Source: Endomicrobiia bacterium (lineage in GTDB: Bacteria > Elusimicrobiota > Endomicrobiia > DTEH01). Taken from it: a stretch of 26,172 bases of DNA. The stretch spans positions 1 to 26,172 of the forward strand of contig JBCNUU010000014.1 of NCBI GenBank assembly GCA_039630545.1. The letters are read 5' to 3'. Made by a program: the position numbers and the translations under genes. Of this stretch, positions 8,097 through 16,580 are shown piece by piece (position 1 is the first letter of the stretch; every line of letters starts with the position of its first letter). The notes under the pieces were generated by a model that ran no database searches, was not told where the DNA came from, and worked only from the letters and a program-made list of their open reading frames with translations.

Positions 8097-10226
8097 TTAT
8101 TTCAATACAAAAATAATTCCTCTGTTACCAGTTTTTGTTTTATAAAAATAAATTCCAGAGGATACTGTGTTTGAATTTTTATCTTTGCCATCCCACAAAT
8201 TGCTTTTTATCTCTGTAATTTTTTTGCCATTAACATCGTATATATAAACTTCATCTGAATCAAAAGATATCAAATCATTTATATAATCGTTATTTAAACT
8301 TATTACTTTTTTTGTATTGTTTAAAGCTTGGTTACCTTTTGATAATGAAAAAATTTCTATCTGAGGTGAATTAGGCAACTGCCTTTCTATACCTCCATTG
8401 TTTTTGGATTTTATAATTAAATTGTAACTACCAGTAACATTTGAAATTTTGACATTTCTTATAAAAACATCAAATTTTTCTCCTTTGAAAATTTTTAAGA
8501 ATTTCATATGTAACATTTTATCTGTAAAATCATACCAAAGCAAAACAGGACTTCCATATCTATTAATTATTTCAAACTGAGATGGTGAATCCAATATGGT
8601 TAATTCTTCAGGAAAAATAAAAATTATATCTGCTAATTCTAAATTTGCAGTTGCTGTATAAGAAAAAATAAAGTCGTGTAGAGTATTTTGAAAAACTTTA
8701 TTGGGGGATACATCAACTTTACCCGTTCCATCTCCTTGAATGGATTGTTTTGCTTTAATAGTTAAATTTACAAAATAAGAATAAGAACTTTGATTTATGT
8801 TATAGACTGTTGCTTTCAAAGTTCCAGTAGAGTTTAGAAAATTATTAATATCTAAATCATAAATCAATTCAAAAACTTTACTTGAAATTGAAACTTCGTG
8901 TATCAAATTATTGTTATATGTAAGTTGTATTTTTCTGAGCTCAATTTCATCTTTTGCTAAAACTTTTATTTTTATATTTTCGGATATAATTTCATCTTCA
9001 AGTGGATAAAGTATTTGACATGTAGGAACAGTAAAGTTTGAAGTTGTTTCTTTAGCAAAATTTGTAAAATTTCCTGTCATAGTCAACATTGTTAACATTT
9101 TTAGGCAATCTTGATAATATCCCCAACTACCTCCGTTAGGATAATTTTTGAGTTTATTATATAAAGAATTACAATAGCCTTGAAAATTTTCATCTATCAT
9201 ACTTCCAACTCCAAAAGGTCCTATAAAGGCTGCATTGCTGTAGTTAACAAGAGGAGTCCCATTGATTTGATAACCAGATACTATCCTATCAACATTTCCT
9301 TCGGTAGAAGTAACAAGCCAGTTTAAAATTTTATTATTTATAGAATATGCTCTTTCTTCACCATACCATATATAATCTATTCCCACTCTCCACGGAATTC
9401 TACAAGCATCGTAATAGTAATTGTATCCATAACCCTCAACAGATTTACCTTCAGCGTTGCACCAGTCAGGTATTAAACCTGTTTGAGAATGAGCTGCTTT
9501 TTCCAAAATAGAATAGCAGCTGTCTATAACTTTCTGCCAATTTTCATCTTTTGAAATTTCTTTAAATATTCTCCACCACGAGAAAGCAAAATAACTAGGA
9601 TTAGTAATGTCTGACCCTCCAAAACTATCTCCTGGTCTTAAGATGTAAGAGGGTTTTTCTACTTGATATTTCATAATTTTTGAAATTATTTTTTTTGCTT
9701 CTTCTAAATAGTTTATAGCACCATCACTTCCCCATTGATAATGAGCAAAAATTAAAGCTAAAGCTACATCTTCATCTGCATCAGTTGCAGCGTTGTAGCC
9801 TATTATATTGCCGTCTTTATCTATCTGCCAGTTCATAAGTCCATTCTGGTCAAGATAACACTGATAATATCTATAAAGTCCATCAAAATAGCATCTATTT
9901 GTATTTATATGATTATCTGTAACAACTAAAATTAACATTCCATAACCAATTCCCTCTGAAACTGTATCAAAATTGTTTGCAGAACCTCTTTGAATCCTAT
10001 AGGTTCCCTTTGGTGCACCTGATTTTGTTAAATAGTTACTCTTCCAGGCCAAAAAAGTATTTTGAAGATGTAAATACATCTCTTCATTTGTGAAATTATT
10101 TGGTTTTATTCCATAAGGATATTTCTTAAATTGAGGAAAAGCGAATTTAGCTGCTAATAGATGATTAAAAAGAGTAAACAGAAAAAGTAAAATTTGATAA
10201 TACTTGTTTATACTTGTATTTTTCAT
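8097..10226 (-). CDS. Exported GH8 endoglucanase (CelA-like) with Ig-like domain(s) and a short C-terminal CTD-like domain
   Basis: GH8 motifs DTVSEGIGYGML (catalytic Glu), NAATDADEDVALALIFA, TNPSYF, GLIPDWC and YYYDACRIPWR; Ig-like PTCQILYP...IKIKVLAKD; tail ISLNNDYINDLISF...VYIYDVNGKKI...WDGKDKNSNTVSSGIYFYK...IIFVLK. Confidence 0.92.
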   Translation of the reverse strand: MKNTSINKYYQILLFLFTLFNHLLAAKFAFPQFKKYPYGIKPNNFTNEEMYLHLQNTFLAWKSNYLTKSGAPKGTYRIQRGSANNFDTVSEGIGYGMLILVVTDNHINTNRCYFDGLYRYYQCYLDQNGLMNWQIDKDGNIIGYNAATDADEDVALALIFAHYQWGSDGAINYLEEAKKIISKIMKYQVEKPSYILRPGDSFGGSDITNPSYFAFSWWRIFKEISKDENWQKVIDSCYSILEKAAHSQTGLIPDWCNAEGKSVEGYGYNYYYDACRIPWRVGIDYIWYGEERAYSINNKILNWLVTSTEGNVDRIVSGYQINGTPLVNYSNAAFIGPFGVGSMIDENFQGYCNSLYNKLKNYPNGGSWGYYQDCLKMLTMLTMTGNFTNFAKETTSNFTVPTCQILYPLEDEIISENIKIKVLAKDEIELRKIQLTYNNNLIHEVSISSKVFELIYDLDINNFLNSTGTLKATVYNINQSSYSYFVNLTIKAKQSIQGDGTGKVDVSPNKVFQNTLHDFIFSYTATANLELADIIFIFPEELTILDSPSQFEIINRYGSPVLLWYDFTDKMLHMKFLKIFKGEKFDVFIRNVKISNVTGSYNLIIKSKNNGGIERQLPNSPQIEIFSLSKGNQALNNTKKVISLNNDYINDLISFDSDEVYIYDVNGKKITEIKSNLWDGKDKNSNTVSSGIYFYKTKTGNRGIIFVLK

Positions 10227-10276
10227 TTAAAAATTTTAAACAACTATTTATTCTTTATATTAAATATTAAATGAAA

Positions 10277-12208
10277 TTAAGGTCTGTAAACTAAACTTAT
10301 CTTATAGGCCTGTCTGAAGGAATGAAAACCTTCTTTTGCTAAAATTGAACCAGTATTTTCTAAACCTAAATTTCTTGATGTTTCAAAGTAATGTCCCTCT
10401 TCAACCTGACCTTCAATATAAAAAGTAGGTGTAAATTCATATCTTACAGAAAAAAGATAACTTTGTTCACTTACTGTGGTTAAACCACCCCGTCCATCGT
10501 CATATGTATAATCTGGTTTATAATAAATTCCTCCGCTTAAAGTGAGTTGAGATTGAGAAAATAAAGCTTGTGTAGTGTATGAGTATGCCAGTTCATAAAT
10601 TATAAACCTTTGATATATATCAAAAAAAGCCCAGGGCTGTGTATATCTATCTGAAGACAAAATATGTTCTCTTTTATAATAAGTTTTACCCACTGAAGAT
10701 TGTTGAATGGAAAGTCCTAAAGTAAATCTGAGTGTTCTTAAAGTAACTCCTACTTTTTCTTTTTCTTCCAGTTGGTAAGAGCTATTTTTTTCTATTAACC
10801 ATACATCTGGCTCTCTAAAATCAACATAAATTTCTGAAGGTACTCTATAGTCAGTAGAGATATTTCTGTAACCTTTTTCCACTTTAATTTCAAATAATGC
10901 AGTTGGTTTATAAAATGCTGAAAATGTATAATCATAAAAACTTTCAGTAACTTCAGCAAAGGTGGAATGCCTTCTGGTTACAGGAAAATTATAAACTATA
11001 CCTGCAGAAACATATAATTTTTGCATAATTGGTCTGTAAAAGAAACTAAGTTCCAGAGAATAACCTTCAACCGAACTATCCCATCTCGTCCACAAAGTGC
11101 TCTTTTCTTGTCCATATAAGATACTTTCCTCATATTCATATAGTTTGTCCTCTGTGAATCTTGAAAATCTTCCAGATATATTTAAACCTTGATATTTGAA
11201 GTATCTGTTTAAAGATAATAAAATACTACTATTATTAAGATAAAAATTATTTTTTTCAATTTCCCACATTTCAATATTATTTGAAAAAGTTTTGTTTTTT
11301 ACTTCTGAAGAATAACTGTAATGTTTATTGCCGACTTTTACTCCTAACTCCCAAATTTCTGTTAATCTATATTTAATTTCAAATGGATAATTTCTTTCTT
11401 TCTCAATAACAAAAGTATCATCTGGCTGGTTAGTATAGGATATTTTATCTCCATATGAGCCTAAAATATCTAATTTAACTGCTGGATTAAGAAAATAATT
11501 TATACCTATTTCATTTTCTTTCTTTAAAAAATTATCGGAGTTATTTGTATAACTTAAAGTAATAAAATCTGGAGGAATTCCTCTTAATGCTGGCAGATAA
11601 TTATATACATCCACCATAGTAGTATATAGATTAAAATTACCCCAATCTAAAGTAACTTTGGTACCTATAGTTACAGAATCAGAATTAACATTTGACAATT
11701 TATATTCTTTATTTTCTTCACCTATTAAGGTAGAAGTTGGAAATAATAAACTTCCAAGTGAATTGTTTTCTTTTTTGTTAAATATTACACCATAAAGGCT
11801 CCATCTTGGAGAAATAAAATATTCTATATCAAGTTGTGAATTTCTTTGATGAGTATTTTTTAAAAGTGAATTGTTATAATCATATATACCTTTTGAAATG
11901 ATATCCTCATATGTCAGCTTTAAAGACAATCTAGAGGTAGGTCTTGCAGAAATATAATAAATATATTTTTCTAAAGGATAGTAGTAGCCATGGTATATAT
12001 TCAAACCTATATTATTTAATTCAGAATAGTTTATCTCATTCCTGTGAGGAAATTCTATACCAGTTGAGACATACTCATACGAAACACCAAACCCTATTTT
12101 AGCATCTGAGATTATGTTATAAAGATCCGTTCCAAATTCTTTAATTTTATTAGAGGAAAATAAAAAATTATTTATAAAAAACAATAATGCTAAGAATTTT
12201 ATCATCAT
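10277..12208 (-). CDS. Large probable outer-membrane beta-barrel protein of unknown family
   Basis: Start is probably ATG at 12208, overlapping the upstream stop as ATGA and giving signal MMIKFLALLFFINNFLFS; the ORF track starts at 12226. Tyr/Phe/Ser-rich alternating strands throughout (LSLKLTYE, LDIEYFISPRWSLYG, YSLELSFFY, FSVRYEFTPTFYIEGQ); ends YKISLVYRP. Confidence 0.55.
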   Translation of the reverse strand: MMIKFLALLFFINNFLFSSNKIKEFGTDLYNIISDAKIGFGVSYEYVSTGIEFPHRNEINYSELNNIGLNIYHGYYYPLEKYIYYISARPTSRLSLKLTYEDIISKGIYDYNNSLLKNTHQRNSQLDIEYFISPRWSLYGVIFNKKENNSLGSLLFPTSTLIGEENKEYKLSNVNSDSVTIGTKVTLDWGNFNLYTTMVDVYNYLPALRGIPPDFITLSYTNNSDNFLKKENEIGINYFLNPAVKLDILGSYGDKISYTNQPDDTFVIEKERNYPFEIKYRLTEIWELGVKVGNKHYSYSSEVKNKTFSNNIEMWEIEKNNFYLNNSSILLSLNRYFKYQGLNISGRFSRFTEDKLYEYEESILYGQEKSTLWTRWDSSVEGYSLELSFFYRPIMQKLYVSAGIVYNFPVTRRHSTFAEVTESFYDYTFSAFYKPTALFEIKVEKGYRNISTDYRVPSEIYVDFREPDVWLIEKNSSYQLEEKEKVGVTLRTLRFTLGLSIQQSSVGKTYYKREHILSSDRYTQPWAFFDIYQRFIIYELAYSYTTQALFSQSQLTLSGGIYYKPDYTYDDGRGGLTTVSEQSYLFSVRYEFTPTFYIEGQVEEGHYFETSRNLGLENTGSILAKEGFHSFRQAYKISLVYRP

Positions 12209-13113
12209 TTTCTTTTTAAACTCCATTTTATTTTAAAATCAAACATATGAATCATTCCAAAATCTATATTACTGTAAGATCTGTTTAATGCAAATGCATA
12301 ATTAAACTGAATATTTTGTCTTGTAATACCTATCCCCAAAGCAATCTCTGTATCGTTAACTCCTCCTCTAACAGAAAAAAGTTTCCATAAAGTATATTCT
12401 ATACCAAAATTTATATTTTTTATCTGTTTAGATTGAATAGTATCTACGCCTATTTTTAAACTTTCGTCAAAAATTAAAAGACCAACTCCCATTCTAAATA
12501 TAAAAGGTATTTGCTCATCTATGTAAAACTTAAGAGAACTGCTTATTAAATTTCCAAAGTTAAATCCACAAAGAAGTTTATAAAATCCAAAATCAAAATC
12601 AATCTGGTTAGCAATATCTATACTTATTCCTCCTGCTTCTAAATTATAAATTTTTTGTGAAATAAGCTTCGCAGATATACCGGTTCGTAAAGTTATAAAT
12701 TCTGAAGAAATAAAAAGTTCATTTAAGTTAATTCCATATGAAAAATATATTGAAGTTAACCTTGCATCTGCAGTTCCTAATATCTTACCAGCAAGATCTC
12801 TTAACTTGACATCAGATATAGATAAATTTTGAATTCCTATTCCAGCGGTTCCATACAAAGCAGGAGATAAAAAGCTTAAATATCCATAACCATTATTTTC
12901 ATAAAATAATGCATAACTACCAAGAAATTCAAATGTCTTAACTTTAGAAAGCAAAGATGGATTGTAAAATATAGAAGTTCCATCTTCAGCTAAAGAAGTA
13001 TGAACTCTCCCCATACCTATACTTTTAGCAGAAACACCCCAGCTTAAAAATGTATCGATTTGAGAATAAACTACGCTATTATAAAGTAAAATTAAAATTA
13101 TAATTTTTTTCAT
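12205..13113 (-). CDS. PorV/PorQ-family outer-membrane barrel
   Basis: Signal peptide; GVSAKSIGMGRVHTSLAEDGTSIFYNPSLL; GISAKLISQKI; PFIFRMGVG; NFGIEY...FSVRGG; 302 aa. Confidence 0.85.
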   Translation of the reverse strand: MKKIIILILLYNSVVYSQIDTFLSWGVSAKSIGMGRVHTSLAEDGTSIFYNPSLLSKVKTFEFLGSYALFYENNGYGYLSFLSPALYGTAGIGIQNLSISDVKLRDLAGKILGTADARLTSIYFSYGINLNELFISSEFITLRTGISAKLISQKIYNLEAGGISIDIANQIDFDFGFYKLLCGFNFGNLISSSLKFYIDEQIPFIFRMGVGLLIFDESLKIGVDTIQSKQIKNINFGIEYTLWKLFSVRGGVNDTEIALGIGITRQNIQFNYAFALNRSYSNIDFGMIHMFDFKIKWSLKRK

Positions 13114-13118
13114 AAAAA

Positions 13119-14006
13119 TTATTTAAACTTGATGTTAAATGAAGCAGAAAAAGCATTTCCCAACTCAATTGAAGGTATATATGCTAGGTTTAGTATATAT
13201 ATATCCTCACCACGAATCAAATTAAACCTCACTCCTGCTGAAATGTTTTCTCCATATCCTATTTTGTAGCCCACCTGTAAAGCCAATTCTCTAAATAAGA
13301 AATATTCTGCACCTAAATGTATTCCTAAAGCAGTAGTAGCTCCAAATAAAGGTATTCTAACATCGGCTGCAAAACAAAATTTTCTAAAAAACTTAGCTAT
13401 ACCAAAAGATAAACTAGCAGGCAACATTTCTTCTGTATCTTTATATTTCAATGGTATTAATTGATAAGAATTTATTGCGACTCCAATATCTACTACACTT
13501 AAAAGAATAACTCCCACATCTACTATTGCTGAAAATGAAGAATGTCTTCCTAAAGTTGAGGTAAGATATTTTATGTTTGTTCCTAAAGATAATTTATCGG
13601 ATAACTTAGTAGCTAAAGATAAAAGTGTTAAAGATTCCATAACTTTAACTTCTCCAATTTTTACTCCATTTATGTCCGTTTTTTCTAATATATCATCAAA
13701 CCACTGAAGCCCAAGTCCTACATTTAACCCCTTGTAAAATTTAGGATGTACATAACTTAAATATTGTGTATCTATATCACCAAACCACTTTACATAACTT
13801 ATCATAAGTTCTTTTCTCAAAAGAAAAGAAAGACCAGCAGGATTATATTGTACTAAATTTGCATCATCTGAAACTGCAGTAAAAGCTCTGCCCATAGCAT
13901 TACTTCTTGCCCCGACTTTTATATCTATGAATTCTGTTGAATAAACACTACTGCTAATAATTATTAAAATAAAATAAAAGAAAAAAAACATTGATAATTT
14001 TTTCAT
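13119..14006 (-). CDS. PorV/PorQ-family outer-membrane barrel
   Basis: Signal peptide; GARSNAMGRAFTAVSDDANLVQYNPAGL (closest to the canonical motif); LSLGTNIKY; VDVGV; LPASLSFG; HLGAEY...LALQVGY. SD AGGAGG. Confidence 0.88.
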   Translation of the reverse strand: MKKLSMFFFFYFILIIISSSVYSTEFIDIKVGARSNAMGRAFTAVSDDANLVQYNPAGLSFLLRKELMISYVKWFGDIDTQYLSYVHPKFYKGLNVGLGLQWFDDILEKTDINGVKIGEVKVMESLTLLSLATKLSDKLSLGTNIKYLTSTLGRHSSFSAIVDVGVILLSVVDIGVAINSYQLIPLKYKDTEEMLPASLSFGIAKFFRKFCFAADVRIPLFGATTALGIHLGAEYFLFRELALQVGYKIGYGENISAGVRFNLIRGEDIYILNLAYIPSIELGNAFSASFNIKFK

Positions 14007-14024
14007 TTTAAACCTCCTTTTTAA

Positions 14025-15731
14025 TTATCTTAATACAAGCATTTTTTTAGTTATTGTTTTTGTTGGTGTAATAAGTGCATAAAAGTATAAACCTGACTCT
14101 ACATATTTCCCGTCTTCACTTTTTCCATCCCATACGACTTCCCAGCTTCCAGCTGGTGTTGTTTTTTTATCTATCAATGTTTTTATAACTTTACCTGTCA
14201 TAGAGAAAACTTTAATTGTAACTTCTGTTTCTTCAGAAAGTTCATATTTAATTTTAGTGAAAGGATTGCTTACAGATAAATCAAAAGGATTGGGACCATT
14301 TTGATAAAGTTTTATATCAATTGGAGCAGGAACTACTTCAATTATTATACTTTTTTTAGCATAAGGATATTCTGGAAATGTCTTGCCATCTGAAGATCCT
14401 AAAGTCAAAGTAACTTTATATACACCAACATTAGAATATAAATGTTTAACAGAAACTCCACTACCTTTTGTATTATCACCAAAGTCCCAGTTATAACTTA
14501 CTATATTAGTATTTAAATTATGCACTACACTCTCTGAAGCATCAAATTCTACTTCAGATCCCACGGTGACAACATATTTGCCACTTATATAATTAAAAAC
14601 TTTTCTTACAGGATCATATTCCCACTTTGCTTCTTGAGTAACATTTTTTACGTTTATATTTGCATAAATTCCAGGAAGCGGAGTAATAACATATGCTTCA
14701 GCTTTATAGTAAGTAGCCATCCAGTAAGGTTTTTTGTTATCTACTATTAAATCAGCTGGTTCAAAGTTATTACCAATGTATAACTTATAAAAATCCTGAA
14801 TCTTATCAGGAACTAAAAACTCAAAAATAATCCAACTATTGGAAACAGCTCCAGTATATCTGCCATCTATCGGATAAACAACATCCTTCATAGGATGTTT
14901 ATATCTTGAATCTTTAAGTTCATAGACAATTCCATCACAGTAAGCCCTAAGATCTTTTTCTGCACCTGCGTCATCATCACCTATAAGTTTCCAACGAGCG
15001 TTATCACTTCCATAAAATAAAACACCAATTTCAACAAAACCCCTTGCTTTATCTGCTAAGGAAATATAATTTGTAATATCTATCCAGGGAGAAATTTCTT
15101 TAGCTATAAACTCCTGTGCTGCTTTTTCCTGAAGAGATTCATATATTTCACATCTTGTTTCAAGTTTTGCAAATTTTTCATAACTGTAGCCTGAATAAAG
15201 TCTAATATCATCTATATATAGGTTAAATGCTATGTTGAACTGTGAAGATTGTTGAAATCTAAGCGTTATCCTATTTATACTAGTTAAATCTACATTGCCA
15301 GATGTTGGTTTATCTAACCAAAATGTATAAAATTGCCATTCATTTAAAGGAACTTTATAATAGTAACTCCATGTAGCAGAACTATTGTTTGTATCATAAA
15401 GAACAACCTCCATATTTTTTATTCTTCCAGCATTGTCTGGCAAATAAAGCCAGAAAGACAAAACTTGAGCTACACTAAAATTTGTAATCTGAGGAGTAAA
15501 AGAAACCCAACCCCAGCCTCCCATAACTAATGTGGGTGCTGCTTGAATCATTACACTTGCTCGCCCTTCAATGTATATGTTGTTATCTGAAGACACAATC
15601 AAATTTGTAGCTGTCCAGCCTGAAGAGGTGTCACAATTTGAAATTTGTATACTTTGGAAAGTTTGTAGAAAAGCATTTTTGTATAAAAAAAGTAAACAAA
15701 AAAGACATATTGTTGAAAATGATTTTTTCAT
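14025..15731 (-). CDS. Exported protein: CBM11-like beta-sandwich, unknown domain, PKD domain, T9SS type-A-like/FlgD-Ig C-terminal domain
   Basis: NFSVAQVLSFWLY...EWQFYTFWL...VDLTSINRITLRF...NLYIDDIRL; PKD TVGSEVEFDASES...VSYNWDFGDN...VKHLYSNVGVYKVTLT; CTD LYQNGPNPF...IKYEL...VTIKVFSMTGKVIKTL...VVWDGKSEDGKYVESGLYFY...TKKMLVLR. Confidence 0.8.
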   Translation of the reverse strand: MKKSFSTICLFCLLFLYKNAFLQTFQSIQISNCDTSSGWTATNLIVSSDNNIYIEGRASVMIQAAPTLVMGGWGWVSFTPQITNFSVAQVLSFWLYLPDNAGRIKNMEVVLYDTNNSSATWSYYYKVPLNEWQFYTFWLDKPTSGNVDLTSINRITLRFQQSSQFNIAFNLYIDDIRLYSGYSYEKFAKLETRCEIYESLQEKAAQEFIAKEISPWIDITNYISLADKARGFVEIGVLFYGSDNARWKLIGDDDAGAEKDLRAYCDGIVYELKDSRYKHPMKDVVYPIDGRYTGAVSNSWIIFEFLVPDKIQDFYKLYIGNNFEPADLIVDNKKPYWMATYYKAEAYVITPLPGIYANINVKNVTQEAKWEYDPVRKVFNYISGKYVVTVGSEVEFDASESVVHNLNTNIVSYNWDFGDNTKGSGVSVKHLYSNVGVYKVTLTLGSSDGKTFPEYPYAKKSIIIEVVPAPIDIKLYQNGPNPFDLSVSNPFTKIKYELSEETEVTIKVFSMTGKVIKTLIDKKTTPAGSWEVVWDGKSEDGKYVESGLYFYALITPTKTITKKMLVLR

Positions 15732-15734
15732 TTT

Positions 15735-16580
15735 TTATTTCTCCTTTTTATCTAAGAATTTATAAGTTGCTATTCTATAAACATCTTCATTTGTATTTGA
15801 ATCTCTTCCATCATACAAAGTAGAACGGTATCTTATAAAACCACTATCAGGATAATTAAAATTATATGTCTTTATCCAACTACAACAATACAAAGGATGA
15901 ACATCAGAAAATGTCTTTGTCACATTAAAGGTATGAAAAAATGTATGAGCGTTATCTATTACATTTATTCCCCACTTTTTTCCTTCCTCTGTGATAGATG
16001 CACTTTTAGCTGGAGTAGTTAAGGTAAGTTCAGCTCCAGTTTCATAATCCACAAGTCTTCCACCTGTAATATCTAAAATATCCCAAGCTATTTCCTCACC
16101 AAAACTCTCCGTGTAGCCTCCACTACTTCCTATAACCCAGAGTGGATAGTCTCCTATCCAGACAATTCTTCCTCCTGCTTTTAGATACTTGTATAAAATA
16201 CATTCTTTATTTCTGGGAGTAACTAAATTTCTAGGGGCCACACCCATAGCCATTACACATGAAGTACCATAAGCAGATTCTTTTTCTACATGATACTCCA
16301 TCCAAGCCTGAAGTTCAAGTGCATTTAATCTTTTAAATCCTTTTTTTTCTAAAAAAGAAACTAAATTTTGTGGATAAACTACCCAACTAGTTGTATAATC
16401 ATTATCATAAAACACAATGAATTTTGATTGTGCTAATTTTTCCTTATCTATTTTAACAACTTCTTTTTTTGTAATTTCTCCTTCTTTGTTTATAATTGGA
16501 TCCCAGCTAAATCTGTCCACTGTTGTACAGCTTATAATAAAAAATAAAATTAACCATCCAAATGATAACTTGTTTTTCAT
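15735..16580 (-). CDS. Lipoprotein of unknown function, possibly with a class I GATase-like/flavodoxin-like alpha/beta fold
   Basis: Lipobox-like FFIIS-C18 after a basic N-terminus and hydrophobic core; ILYKYLKAGGRIVWIGDYP resembles the 'l..yl..GG.l' element of GATase-like domains; ATGA overlap with the upstream gene. Confidence 0.6.
   Translation of the reverse strand: MKNKLSFGWLILFFIISCTTVDRFSWDPIINKEGEITKKEVVKIDKEKLAQSKFIVFYDNDYTTSWVVYPQNLVSFLEKKGFKRLNALELQAWMEYHVEKESAYGTSCVMAMGVAPRNLVTPRNKECILYKYLKAGGRIVWIGDYPLWVIGSSGGYTESFGEEIAWDILDITGGRLVDYETGAELTLTTPAKSASITEEGKKWGINVIDNAHTFFHTFNVTKTFSDVHPLYCCSWIKTYNFNYPDSGFIRYRSTLYDGRDSNTNEDVYRIATYKFLDKKEK

Noticed and set aside
12209..12226. ORF-track start (MEFKKK) for the 649-aa barrel
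   Set aside because: The ATG at 12208 gives a typical ATGA coupling and a clean signal peptide, so the 22-bp overlap is unnecessary.
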